Counted from the stretch's first letter, positions 21,624-30,548 are shown. The stretch is 64,000 nt of DNA from Bacteroidota bacterium (GCA_040264895.1 JBDQHL010000001.1:15060-79059), one strand, 5' to 3'. The notes: generated from the letters alone by a model not told the origin. Program-made: numbers and translations.

Positions 21624-22088
21624 TTAGTATATCTCTATAAATAAACTATCCGCTTTGAATATGATACTTCCATCTTCATCATCAGTTACTTGAAGTAAAT
21701 AATCTGTTACACCCTCATCGTGCGGAGTGAAGCTAATAACAAAATTAAAAGCAGTACCATGAACTATTGGATCTTCAATTGTGCTTCTGTTTGTAACCTC
21801 TGCGTAAGTTACATAATTAAGTGGGTCTACATCTTCGTAGAAGTTTCCATCTTTATCCATAAAGCTTATATCAAAAGTCTTTTCACCTTCAAACCAATCC
21901 ATTCTAATAGTATCTGCATCAGACATATACTCACCATTCTGATACTCGGTATATACGCTGTCATTATAAGTCAGAGTAAACCCTGTCGGTTCAAAATTTA
22001 CTTCTGGCTCGACCTTGGTTCCACCGCCATCATCGCTACAGCTGACCAATATCAGACAACTTAATAAAACGACTAATAAACTTTTCAT
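21624..22088 (-). CDS. lipoprotein, paralog of 20700..21203
   Basis: 154 aa with lipobox LILVSC. It shares blocks with the downstream lipoprotein: FEPTGFTLTYNDSV versus FEAVGYILLDENDDV, and SFMDKDGNFY versus HFLDEDGKDI. Confidence 0.6.
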   Translation of the reverse strand: MKSLLVVLLSCLILVSCSDDGGGTKVEPEVNFEPTGFTLTYNDSVYTEYQNGEYMSDADTIRMDWFEGEKTFDISFMDKDGNFYEDVDPLNYVTYAEVTNRSTIEDPIVHGTAFNFVISFTPHDEGVTDYLLQVTDDEDGSIIFKADSLFIEIY

Positions 22089-22426
22089 AACTATCTCTTG
22101 ACTATTTACAATTCATGTAATTCTCTAAAATAACATTATTTTTATAAAAAAGTAACACCGGTATGCATGAATAAGTATTTAGACAAAATGAATGGGTTGG
22201 TAAATTTGAATATTATAGGGCTCTGAAAAATGGCAATATGACGATAAATTAATCTACAAACCCATTAATCTTATTTCAAATTACGTGAGTTCAACTCATC
22301 ATTCAATTCTTTATATTTCTTTGGCTTCTTCAAGAATATAAAACCAACAACGACAATGGTCGAGGTGTCTAAGCTAATCAGCCCCAACTATCTGGTAGAA
22401 ATAGAAGCTACGGCAGTGATAGGGTG

Positions 22427-22948
22427 ATGAAGACTCTAAATAGAATTAGCCAACTCGTATTTGATTCATACATTGGCATAAAATATTTTCATCTTTCAAT
22501 TGCAATCATGATTATTTTCATTTCGGGTTTCTTTTTTGGAGAATTTGCCTTCAAAATAATAATGGTAGTTTTTTGGACTATTTCTTTAACTTTAGTGCTT
22601 TCTACATTGCAAGTAGTTTTTAAGAATGAATATAGAAATACAAAAATTATTCAGACAATTAAGTATTTATTGGCATTCACAATTCTCTTGATTCTATTTG
22701 CTCCAATATTTAAAACTGACTATATTATGCAACTAGGCATGTGGTTAATTATCCCAAGTATATTCATTATTTCACCGTTAGTTTTATCAATAGCAATTAA
22801 CAGACTATTATACGGAAATACGATACCAACCAAATACTATATTAAACACTTTTTTATATTTCTGTTTTTTAATATCTCCGGTATATGGTTTCTAATTCAT
22901 AAAATTAAACGCAAAAATCCATGGAAATCAAAAGAAAATATATACTAA
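22427..22948 (+). CDS. hypothetical polytopic membrane protein
   Basis: About 173 aa with 5 hydrophobic segments. No motif recognised. Confidence 0.45.
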   Translation: MKTLNRISQLVFDSYIGIKYFHLSIAIMIIFISGFFFGEFAFKIIMVVFWTISLTLVLSTLQVVFKNEYRNTKIIQTIKYLLAFTILLILFAPIFKTDYIMQLGMWLIIPSIFIISPLVLSIAINRLLYGNTIPTKYYIKHFFIFLFFNISGIWFLIHKIKRKNPWKSKENIY

Positions 22949-23400
22949 TGATACTCGCAGTGGTTAGCTCTGTGTGGATATACTATGGTATATTGGTGCA
23001 GAAGAAGACCAAGTACGAAGATTTCATCAATTTCTCTTGGATGAGTGGCGATTGGTATATGCGAACCGACGAGGTAACTATACACGAGCATTGGGACGGA
23101 ATCAGCGAACACGTTATGGAGGGATATTCGACAACTTTGAACAAAGATGGCGATACACTAGCTACAGAATCACTTAGGATAATAAAGATTGACGGGCAAC
23201 ATTATTATATAGCCAAGGCAGGCAGTAAGAAACAACCAACCACTTTCGAGATGGTAGTTGATTCCATTCGCAAAGTCAGTTTTTACAATCCTAAGAATGA
23301 GTTTCCTCAATGGATAACATATCAACGACTTGACGACTCTATGTATGCGACTATTAAAAACACGCAAAAGTCAATAGTTTTTAGCTTTGAGCTGGAATAG
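22921..23400 (+). CDS. DUF6265-like protein
   Basis: 159 aa. The pattern WMSGDWYM...HEHWDG...ESLRIIKIDGQHYYIAK...EFPQWITYQRL matches my memory of DUF6265 proteins. An alternative start at 22948 (TAATG overlap with the upstream stop) is possible. Confidence 0.55.
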   Translation: MEIKRKYILMILAVVSSVWIYYGILVQKKTKYEDFINFSWMSGDWYMRTDEVTIHEHWDGISEHVMEGYSTTLNKDGDTLATESLRIIKIDGQHYYIAKAGSKKQPTTFEMVVDSIRKVSFYNPKNEFPQWITYQRLDDSMYATIKNTQKSIVFSFELE

Positions 23401-24841
23401 CTTCAGCTACTCCTTCCTCCAGCAGATCCAGTATAACATCCAAGTGCCATTTTCTTGTTCTGAAAGAAAGCACAGCTATTCGCATCCAGAACTGACCGTC
23501 TAGTGTTGTTGAAGAAATAAATACTCTGCCATCATTATGTATTTTTTGAAGCAGCTTTTTATTTATTTCATTATTATCCAAATCTGGATGATTGAACCTA
23601 AATGCAGCTACAGAAAGCTCTGGCTCTGGACCAACTTCGAATCCAAGTTTCTGCACTTTTTCATAGAAGTATCTGGTAAGCCATATTTTCTCATCTAAGC
23701 AATCTCTGAATGGCTCTATGCCGTGTAGTTTTAGTGGTAACCACATACGCAAGCCACGGAAGTGACGACTAAGCTCAGGCGACAAATCCGCCGGCGAATA
23801 CTCCTGCCTATGGTCACGTGTATCTTGCATATAATTTGCATCATAGCTGTTGGCTTCTAGTAAATAATCTATATTCTTTACTATCACCACACCTACTCCA
23901 TAAGGTAAAAACAAGCCCTTATGTGGGTCTAAAATTACAGAGTCAGCTCTTTCTATACCTTTGAACTTATCTTTAACCTCATCGCTAAGAATGAAAAAAC
24001 CACCATAAGCACCATCCACATGAAACCACAAATCGTGCTTTTCCGATACTTCTGCAATCTCCGCTATTGGGTCGATCGCACCCACATCGGTAGAGCCAGC
24101 TGAACCAACAACTAAGAATGGATTAAGCCCATCTTCTTTATCCTTCTTCACTAATTCATCTAACTTCGTTGTGTTCATTTTGTAGTTACTATCCATTGGG
24201 ACCTTACGGATAATAATTTCATCCAATCCCAATATCCTTAGAGCTTTCGTAACGCAATGGTGAACTTGCTGAGTTATATATACAACAGAAGTATCTATGT
24301 CTCTCGATTTTATCTTTTTTGCTTTTCGTGCAGCCGTAATAGCAATCAGATTCGCCATACTACCACCCGAAGCCAAGTTCCCACCGTAACCATCGGAGTA
24401 ACCTATTAGCTCTGCTACCCAATCTATAATTTGATTCTCTATCCTCACTGCACCAGGCGATGCATAGAACACACCTGAATATCTGTTCATAGCGGCAGCC
24501 AAGTAATCACCCATAGCAGCACTGTATATTCCACCTCCGGGTATATAGCCAATGTGACCACCCGAGGCAGGGTTGATACCAGCTCTATCTACATTTTCAC
24601 CAAGGAATTCTATTATCTCTTCTGGGGATGTACCTTTTTCTTTGAATGGGTAATTATCAAAATTCTCTTTTCCTTCATAATCTGCTACAAAGGCAGGTAG
24701 GTCATTTACTTTATTTAGAAACCCATTCGAATAGTTTTGGAATGAGTTAAAATCTTCTTTTCGTTTAGCTTCATCAGGTTCCAATCTTATTGAGGATTGC
24801 TGAAGCGATTCTATCTTTTTTTCAATTTGGTCTATATTCAT
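23381..24841 (-). CDS. group II pyridoxal-phosphate-dependent (aromatic amino acid type) decarboxylase
   Basis: 486 aa. HVDGAYGGFF and the PLP-lysine motif SVILDPHKGLFLPYGVG are present. Confidence 0.88.
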   Translation of the reverse strand: MNIDQIEKKIESLQQSSIRLEPDEAKRKEDFNSFQNYSNGFLNKVNDLPAFVADYEGKENFDNYPFKEKGTSPEEIIEFLGENVDRAGINPASGGHIGYIPGGGIYSAAMGDYLAAAMNRYSGVFYASPGAVRIENQIIDWVAELIGYSDGYGGNLASGGSMANLIAITAARKAKKIKSRDIDTSVVYITQQVHHCVTKALRILGLDEIIIRKVPMDSNYKMNTTKLDELVKKDKEDGLNPFLVVGSAGSTDVGAIDPIAEIAEVSEKHDLWFHVDGAYGGFFILSDEVKDKFKGIERADSVILDPHKGLFLPYGVGVVIVKNIDYLLEANSYDANYMQDTRDHRQEYSPADLSPELSRHFRGLRMWLPLKLHGIEPFRDCLDEKIWLTRYFYEKVQKLGFEVGPEPELSVAAFRFNHPDLDNNEINKKLLQKIHNDGRVFISSTTLDGQFWMRIAVLSFRTRKWHLDVILDLLEEGVAEAIPAQS

Positions 24842-25323
24842 TAGCTAGTACTTGGTAATGATTTTATCATTTTAAAATTTTTAAGTTTAACGCAATTGCG
24901 TTCCACATATTGTTCTTTTATAACTTCAAATCCATTCTCCTCGAAAAATGGAACAGCTGTTATACTAACATCCGCTTCTATTTCATTACACTTTCTAATC
25001 TTTGCAGCAACTAAAATTTGCTCCATTAGCAGCTGACCAATTCCCTCGCGCTGGTGGTCAGTGCTTACATACAACAGGTCATAGTAACCACTTTCTGTGA
25101 TAGAAGAAAAGCCTACTATATCTTCTTTTTCATCTATACATACATAGAATAGTTGAGTCTCTATCTTATCCAAAAATCTGTCATCTCTTGATGGGTCATC
25201 TAGCCAAGCTTCAATTTCAGTAGGTGTGTAGTGCTTAGAATTTATCACACTAACAGTCCGTTCGAACAAGTTTACTATCCTGTCCAAATCAGATTCATTT
25301 GCTCTACGAATTGAGATTTTCAT
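24841..25323 (-). CDS. GNAT family N-acetyltransferase
   Basis: 160 aa with the acetyl-CoA motif HQREGIGQLLMEQI. Its stop codon overlaps the decarboxylase ATG by 1 nt (TAATG). Confidence 0.85.
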   Translation of the reverse strand: MKISIRRANESDLDRIVNLFERTVSVINSKHYTPTEIEAWLDDPSRDDRFLDKIETQLFYVCIDEKEDIVGFSSITESGYYDLLYVSTDHQREGIGQLLMEQILVAAKIRKCNEIEADVSITAVPFFEENGFEVIKEQYVERNCVKLKNFKMIKSLPSTS

Positions 25324-25383
25324 TGATAAAGACTATTATTTATTATATTAACGGAATGACTTTAATAAAAAATAAAAAATAAT

Positions 25384-27384
25384 ATGAAAAAAACTATACT
25401 TTTTCTTCTTCTGACCCAATTAGTCTTTACATTTTCACTGTTTTCCCAAAAAGGTAAGCAGCAAACCATATATATAAGTGTTGAATACGGAGAATCTGGA
25501 GGGGCTACACTTACCTGGCCCGATGACCCCAACTTTACTGGTACTTATAACATATTTGAAAATAAGTCTGAAACTGCTCAAAACTTCGAGTATGTGGACT
25601 TTGTTTCAGGAAATAGTTGGACTGACAACAGCTATCAGATTGGCACTACGAAAGAGCTAATGGTAACTAAGAAAGATGGAAACAGAATATCTGCTTTCAA
25701 TGTTATATCTATTGGTAAGGAGGTAGAAATGCCTTTCAACCAAGCTGGGATTATATTCTTAGTTGACGAAACACACTCTTTTGCCTTAGAAGGTGATATT
25801 TTCCAAGTACAAATGGAAATGCAAAAAGAAGGATGGGATGTTGTTAAATTAAACATACCAAGAACTGACACTCCTACCGAAGTAAAAGATTTAATCATGC
25901 AAGTAAAAGATGATATGGATCAGGAATTAAAAGCTATTTATATCATAGGTCATGTACCTGTTCCCTATAGTGGCTTTTTCAGCTTAACTGGCACGGCGCT
26001 GCCACCAGATGGTCACGTAGAAGGAAGTGGAAACCACACGGGAGCCTGGCCAGCAGATATGTATTATGGCGATTTGGACGGCAATTGGACTGACCAATAT
26101 GTAAACTACACAGATAGCAGGAGTGATAGAAATAATAATATTCCAGGTGATGGTAAATTTGACCAGAGTGCTCCACCAAGTGATATAGATGTAATAGTCA
26201 GTAGAGTTGATTTTCACGATATGGCTGCATTCCCAGAAGAGGAAGTGGAAATGCTTAGAGATTATTTAGTTAGAACTAGCAATTGGAGACAAGGTAAAAT
26301 ACCCCATATATATCGAGGATTAATTGATGATAATTTCAAAGGTTTGAATATATCAGCTAGTGGTTACCGTGCCATCAGCAACTTGGTCGGTACAGATTCT
26401 CTTTTTGATGACAGAGACTACTTGACTGAAATAACATACAATGAAGATGAAAACACTAATTATTATTTTAGCTTTGGTATGGGTGCTGGCTCTTACACTA
26501 GTTGCAATGGAATTGGCAAAACAAGTGATTTTGTAGAAAACAGAATCAATACCATATTCACTGGTGTTTCGGGAAGTTATTTCGGTGACTGGGATAGTAA
26601 GAACAATTTACTCAGAGCTACTCTGGCATCAGGTGCTCTCGGCAGCTTTTGGAGTGGTATACCGCACTGGTATTTGAATAAACTTGGTGTTGGTGGCACA
26701 ATTGGAGAATGCTTACTTTATACTCAGAATGCTGACTATGTAGGTAGTAACATAACAGTATCACTGAACGGAAGTCAAAGGAAAGTTCATACCACACTTC
26801 TCGGTGACCCTACACTAAAGTTTAAACCAGTAAATGAGCCTGGACCTGTTGCAGTTACAAAAGAAGCAGGTGCAATTAGAGTCAGCTGGGATGAAAATAC
26901 ACCAAATTCTGATGGACACAATCTGTATAGAAGAAATAATGATAATGGTAATGTTATAAAAGTAAATAATGAAGTAATTACTGATAAAGAGTATATAGAC
27001 GTTACAGCGCCTTCGGGTAGCTTTACGTATGTACTAAGAGCAGTAGAATTAGTAGAATTACCAACAAGTAGCTTCTATTCTACAAGTATGGGTTCTTTCT
27101 CAGACCCAATTAGCTTTGTAACATCAGTTGGATATGAAAAAGATGAGAGCTTTGTCGTAGCTCCGAACCCTACTTCTGGTAGTTTCCGTGTACAGTTACC
27201 AACTGATATTAGTGGAATTGAGTCACTAGAAATTCGAGATATGACTGGGAGTATAGTCTATACTCACACTGGAGATGTAGGTGTAGAACAAGTAATTAGC
27301 ACTAACTTAGCAACTGGTTCTTATGTGCTAATAGCAAAAACAAGAACTAGAACGCTTATCAAGAAATTACAGGTTGTTAAATAG
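25384..27384 (+). CDS. secreted protein with an Fn3-like module and a T9SS C-terminal sorting domain
   Basis: 666 aa with a signal peptide. The Fn3-like segment is PGPVAVTKEAGAIRVSWDEN. The CTD is VVAPNPTSGSFRVQLP...IRDMTGSIVYTH...GSYVLIAKTRTRTLIKKLQVVK. Confidence 0.75.
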   Translation: MKKTILFLLLTQLVFTFSLFSQKGKQQTIYISVEYGESGGATLTWPDDPNFTGTYNIFENKSETAQNFEYVDFVSGNSWTDNSYQIGTTKELMVTKKDGNRISAFNVISIGKEVEMPFNQAGIIFLVDETHSFALEGDIFQVQMEMQKEGWDVVKLNIPRTDTPTEVKDLIMQVKDDMDQELKAIYIIGHVPVPYSGFFSLTGTALPPDGHVEGSGNHTGAWPADMYYGDLDGNWTDQYVNYTDSRSDRNNNIPGDGKFDQSAPPSDIDVIVSRVDFHDMAAFPEEEVEMLRDYLVRTSNWRQGKIPHIYRGLIDDNFKGLNISASGYRAISNLVGTDSLFDDRDYLTEITYNEDENTNYYFSFGMGAGSYTSCNGIGKTSDFVENRINTIFTGVSGSYFGDWDSKNNLLRATLASGALGSFWSGIPHWYLNKLGVGGTIGECLLYTQNADYVGSNITVSLNGSQRKVHTTLLGDPTLKFKPVNEPGPVAVTKEAGAIRVSWDENTPNSDGHNLYRRNNDNGNVIKVNNEVITDKEYIDVTAPSGSFTYVLRAVELVELPTSSFYSTSMGSFSDPISFVTSVGYEKDESFVVAPNPTSGSFRVQLPTDISGIESLEIRDMTGSIVYTHTGDVGVEQVISTNLATGSYVLIAKTRTRTLIKKLQVVK

Positions 27385-27410
27385 TAAAGGGATTTCGTTA
27401 TTTAAAAAAT

Positions 27411-27760
27411 TATGCCCCTCTGGAGGGGCTGTCTGAATTTATTCAGACTGGGGAGGAAAAGAATGTCACAGCGAGGACTGAAAGGACACGGCTGTCTCAA
27501 AAGAGATTCCCACGGTCGTCCATTGGACTCCCTCGGAATGACCTCAAAAATGCACCTGCACTAGGTAAAATTGTCACTCTTAACATAGCGAAGAGTCTAT
27601 CTATGGCTAAACCGAATTGTTGTGATAATGCATAGAATCTTTGTTAAATAAAACATGAATTCTTCACTTCGTTCAGAATGACATCAGATTATAACTTCAG
27701 GGATTGAAACGGCCATAAAAATGCCTACCTCCACCAGCAAAGGACAAGTAATCTAACCTC
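27411..27760. repeat. GC-rich hairpin-repeat tract A
   Basis: Hairpins are gcccctc-tg-gaggggc (27414-27429) and gtctgaat-tt-attcagac (27431-27448). Four further short hairpins lie at 27464-27498, 27505-27543, 27573-27598 and 27657-27685. A degenerate right-end motif acctccaccagcaaagga lies at 27727-27745. The tract is related to tracts at 28608-28795 and 49441-49600. Confidence 0.7.
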
Positions 27761-27775
27761 TATTCCTTTTTCATC

Positions 27776-28561
27776 TTACTGTTTTATAAATTTCCGTGTA
27801 ACTACTTCACCATCTAAATCTAATCGAATGAAGTATACCCCAACTGGTAATTGTGAAATGTTATAATCTTGTGAGAATTGTTCAGAATCCAAAACACCAT
27901 TTTTAATAGTCTCTATTTCAGTTCCAATCAAATCTACTATACTTAACTCATAAGCACTACCGGCGATAGCATCAAATGTTATAGTCATATCATTATTCGC
28001 TGGGTTGGGTGAAAGGTTGAAGTTATTGAATTTATTACTTTCTATATTAGTTTGGGTTAAAAATTGGAACGATTTAATCCCTTTTGCTGATTGTACTATA
28101 TAAGTTTTGTTTTTTTTATTGTATTTAGACAATAAACCTATTTTGTCTTTGAATTCAAGATTTTGAGAATATTCAAGACTTCTTGTTTGCATATTAAAAA
28201 AAAGTAATGGGCTACCGAAATTTAGAAATAGAATTTTTTCATCATCAGTAAATATTGTTCTTCCAGAGTGTTTATTATCTGGTAGAATTTCAAATCTACT
28301 TTCTTCATAAATGTTGTTTATTAGAATAGAGTCAATTAACTCTCCTGTAAGGGCCTCTCGGATTTCAACTGTACCAATATCTCCATCCGCTCCCATCATT
28401 ATAAATTGATTCTCTCCTTTTAAAAACTCTATATCTAAATGATAAGTATGACCATAAGGGTTTATATCCCATTCTTTCTCCCACACAGTAACAATCTCAC
28501 CTGCCTCAATATGGAGTGCAGTAAGTATGAAAGCAGTTAGGAATAGTAATAGGTTTTTCAT
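27776..28561 (-). CDS. secreted protein with a T9SS C-terminal sorting domain
   Basis: 261 aa with a signal peptide. The CTD is LSPNPANNDMTITFDA...LSIVDLIGTEIETI...GVYFIRLDLDGEVVTRKFIKQ. Confidence 0.75.
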   Translation of the reverse strand: MKNLLLFLTAFILTALHIEAGEIVTVWEKEWDINPYGHTYHLDIEFLKGENQFIMMGADGDIGTVEIREALTGELIDSILINNIYEESRFEILPDNKHSGRTIFTDDEKILFLNFGSPLLFFNMQTRSLEYSQNLEFKDKIGLLSKYNKKNKTYIVQSAKGIKSFQFLTQTNIESNKFNNFNLSPNPANNDMTITFDAIAGSAYELSIVDLIGTEIETIKNGVLDSEQFSQDYNISQLPVGVYFIRLDLDGEVVTRKFIKQ

Positions 28562-28607
28562 TTATTCTTTTCAATTATAATTTGTGGTTTCTATTTAGTT
28601 TTTTCCA

Positions 28608-28795
28608 TCAGCTGTGCTCTTCTCGAGGAGCTGTCAGAGTTTGTTCTGAACGAGAAGGAATAATTTAATATTTGTAGAGACGTACTGTGTACGTCTCCAA
28701 TATTGTATCAAATAAGACGCATTCAATGCGTCTCTACGGTTTTTTATAATGACAGCGCTTACCACCCTCCGACAGCGGAGGATAGTCAATTCCTT
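28608..28795. repeat. GC-rich hairpin-repeat tract B
   Basis: Hairpins are gctcttc-tc-gaggagc (28616-28631), gagacgtac-tgt-gtacgtctc (28677-28697), agacgcatt-c-aatgcgtct (28715-28733) and cctccg-acag-cggagg (28766-28781). Confidence 0.7.
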
Positions 28796-28800
28796 ACACC

Positions 28801-30018
28801 CTAATCCAAATCGTATTGCTTCAGCTTACGGTATAGTGTACGTTCGCTTATGCCTAATTCTTGGGCAGCTAATCTACGATTGCCGTCGAACCTATCTAAC
28901 GAATAGACGATTAGTCGCTTTTCTATATCAGCTAAGTTGAGGGTGTCGAAGTTGCCTAGTAGCTCATCGCTCTCTACTACCTCATCAGCATGCTGTATCA
29001 TGAACTCATTCTGATTGGTAATCACTTCGTCTATCTTGTTTGTGTTGTGTCTTGCTATGTGCTTCAGCTCTTCTATGTCATTTTTTATTTCCAAAAGAGT
29101 TCTGAATATAATTCCCAACTCTAAGTTTGAAGCAGATTCACCAGCTATATTTGTTGGTACCATAGCACTTGTGGTGTTGCCTTGTTCATTTCGATTGGTA
29201 TATCCAGTTTGCGGAGGTAGGGATTGTCTAATATATTTTGCCACATTTTCTGCTTCTATGAACTCCTGAGCTTCCAAGGTTAGCATAGTCTCAGTAAGGT
29301 TCTTTAGCTCTCTTACGTTACCGTCCCAACGCTGATTGATAAGTACTTCCATTGCCTCACTGCTTATACCTTTATAATCTAGACCAATTTTCTCGGCCGT
29401 TTGGTTTGCAAAGTAGTTGAAGAGTGGCTCTATGTCTGCCTTATGCTCACGTAGAGCTGGCAGTAATATATGAACTGAACGCAAACGGAAATACAAGTCC
29501 TGACGGAACTGTCCTCGCTCCACTCTTTCTTCTAACTCTCTGTTTGTAGCTGCGACTACCCTAACATCTACCTTACGATTATCAGACGAACCAAGACGGC
29601 TAAATTCACCAGATTCAAGCACTCTGAGTAATTTGACTTGAGTTTCTACTGGCATCTCGCCAATTTCATCAAGGAATATTGTGCCTTTGTCTGCAGTTTC
29701 AAAAAATCCTTTGCGCTGTTCGTTCGCACTGGTGAAAGCACCTTTTTCATGCCCAAATAATTCAGACTCTAATAAGGTTTCGGGAATAGCACCACAATTT
29801 ACGCTAACAAAATTGTTCCCCTTGCGCTTACTTAGCCCATGCAGGGCTTTTGCAAATACTTCCTTGCCAGTTCCAGTTTCACCTGTTATCAGAACTGATA
29901 GCTCCGTAGGAGCGGCTTTCAGTAATAGCTTTTTGGCTTTGCGCATTGGTTCGGCATAGCCAATAATACCAAACTTTTTCTCTAAAAATTTATCGCTATG
30001 TTGTGAGCTCGATTGCAT
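28801..30018 (-). CDS. sigma-54-dependent transcriptional activator (bEBP) lacking an N-terminal sensory or receiver domain
   Basis: 405 aa. The AAA+ domain starts near residue 20, with Walker A GETGTGKE, Walker B IFLDEIGEM and a sigma-54 contact loop reading GAFTSA. The C-terminal Fis-type HTH is RRLAAQELGISERTLYRKLKQY. Confidence 0.9.
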   Translation of the reverse strand: MQSSSQHSDKFLEKKFGIIGYAEPMRKAKKLLLKAAPTELSVLITGETGTGKEVFAKALHGLSKRKGNNFVSVNCGAIPETLLESELFGHEKGAFTSANEQRKGFFETADKGTIFLDEIGEMPVETQVKLLRVLESGEFSRLGSSDNRKVDVRVVAATNRELEERVERGQFRQDLYFRLRSVHILLPALREHKADIEPLFNYFANQTAEKIGLDYKGISSEAMEVLINQRWDGNVRELKNLTETMLTLEAQEFIEAENVAKYIRQSLPPQTGYTNRNEQGNTTSAMVPTNIAGESASNLELGIIFRTLLEIKNDIEELKHIARHNTNKIDEVITNQNEFMIQHADEVVESDELLGNFDTLNLADIEKRLIVYSLDRFDGNRRLAAQELGISERTLYRKLKQYDLD

Positions 30019-30537
30019 CTATTTAGTTACCCACTCTTCCCATCCACCAGTGTAGATAAAGATGTTAGTAAAACCAGAATTTTTCATATCTTCAGCTAAT
30101 TTATGGCTCAAATCGCAGTTACCACCAGTACAATAAATTAGGTATTTCTTGCCTTGTTGTAAAGTAAAAATCTTCTCAAAATACTTTGACTCATCTTCGT
30201 ATGGGAATATATTTTTCGCTTCACCAATCATTCCTTCAGCATACTCCTCGGGGCTACGCGCATCTATTATAACGAAATTTGGGTCGTCCAACCTAGCTTT
30301 CATCTGTTCATAGGTTATAGTAGCGCCATCGAGTGACTCAGCTGCTTCGTCATTTGATTTTTCAGGTGAATTAGTTATTCCTGCATTGAGAAGCGAGTCG
30401 GAAGCAACAGGTCCCTTATCTGTCAGATAAGAAAGACCTTTTTCACTCATATCACTATAGTTATAACCTATACCCAAAGCAGCAGAAACTGCTATGATGA
30501 TAAGAATAACTTTGAAATCTATTTTTTTCATTTTCAT
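30019..30537 (-). CDS. membrane-anchored rhodanese-like domain protein
   Basis: 172 aa with an N-terminal TM segment. The rhodanese fold is IIDARSPEEYAEGMIGEAKNI...YCTGGNCDLSHKLAEDM...GGWEEW. Confidence 0.8.
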   Translation of the reverse strand: MKMKKIDFKVILIIIAVSAALGIGYNYSDMSEKGLSYLTDKGPVASDSLLNAGITNSPEKSNDEAAESLDGATITYEQMKARLDDPNFVIIDARSPEEYAEGMIGEAKNIFPYEDESKYFEKIFTLQQGKKYLIYCTGGNCDLSHKLAEDMKNSGFTNIFIYTGGWEEWVTK

Positions 30538-30548
30538 ACTTTGTTAAT

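Noticed and set aside
22274-22390. 39-codon minus-strand ORF (TTG start) encoding a small hydrophobic peptide, LGLISLDTSTIVVVGFIFLKKPKKYKELNDELNSRNLK.
   Set aside because: It has no ATG, no visible RBS and no recognisable family. It cannot be supported from the sequence alone.
25989-26004. The sequence tggcacggcgctgcca is sigma-54 -24/-12-like.
   Set aside because: It lies inside the coding sequence of the 666-aa T9SS cargo gene. The -12 element is TGC rather than TTGC, and no gene start follows.
27724-27745. The sequence cctacctccaccagc resembles the CCTCCACCA 3' end of a tmRNA or tRNA-like acceptor.
   Set aside because: No T-arm (GGTTCGAATCC-like) sequence, acceptor-stem complement or tag reading frame lies nearby. 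The motif is a degenerate copy of the cctccg-N4-cggagg repeat found at 28766 and 49560.
27411-28795. The hairpin tracts as a possible CRISPR array.
   Set aside because: There are no regularly spaced identical direct repeats of 24-40 nt with unique spacers. The repeats are heterogeneous palindromes, and no cas genes are present.
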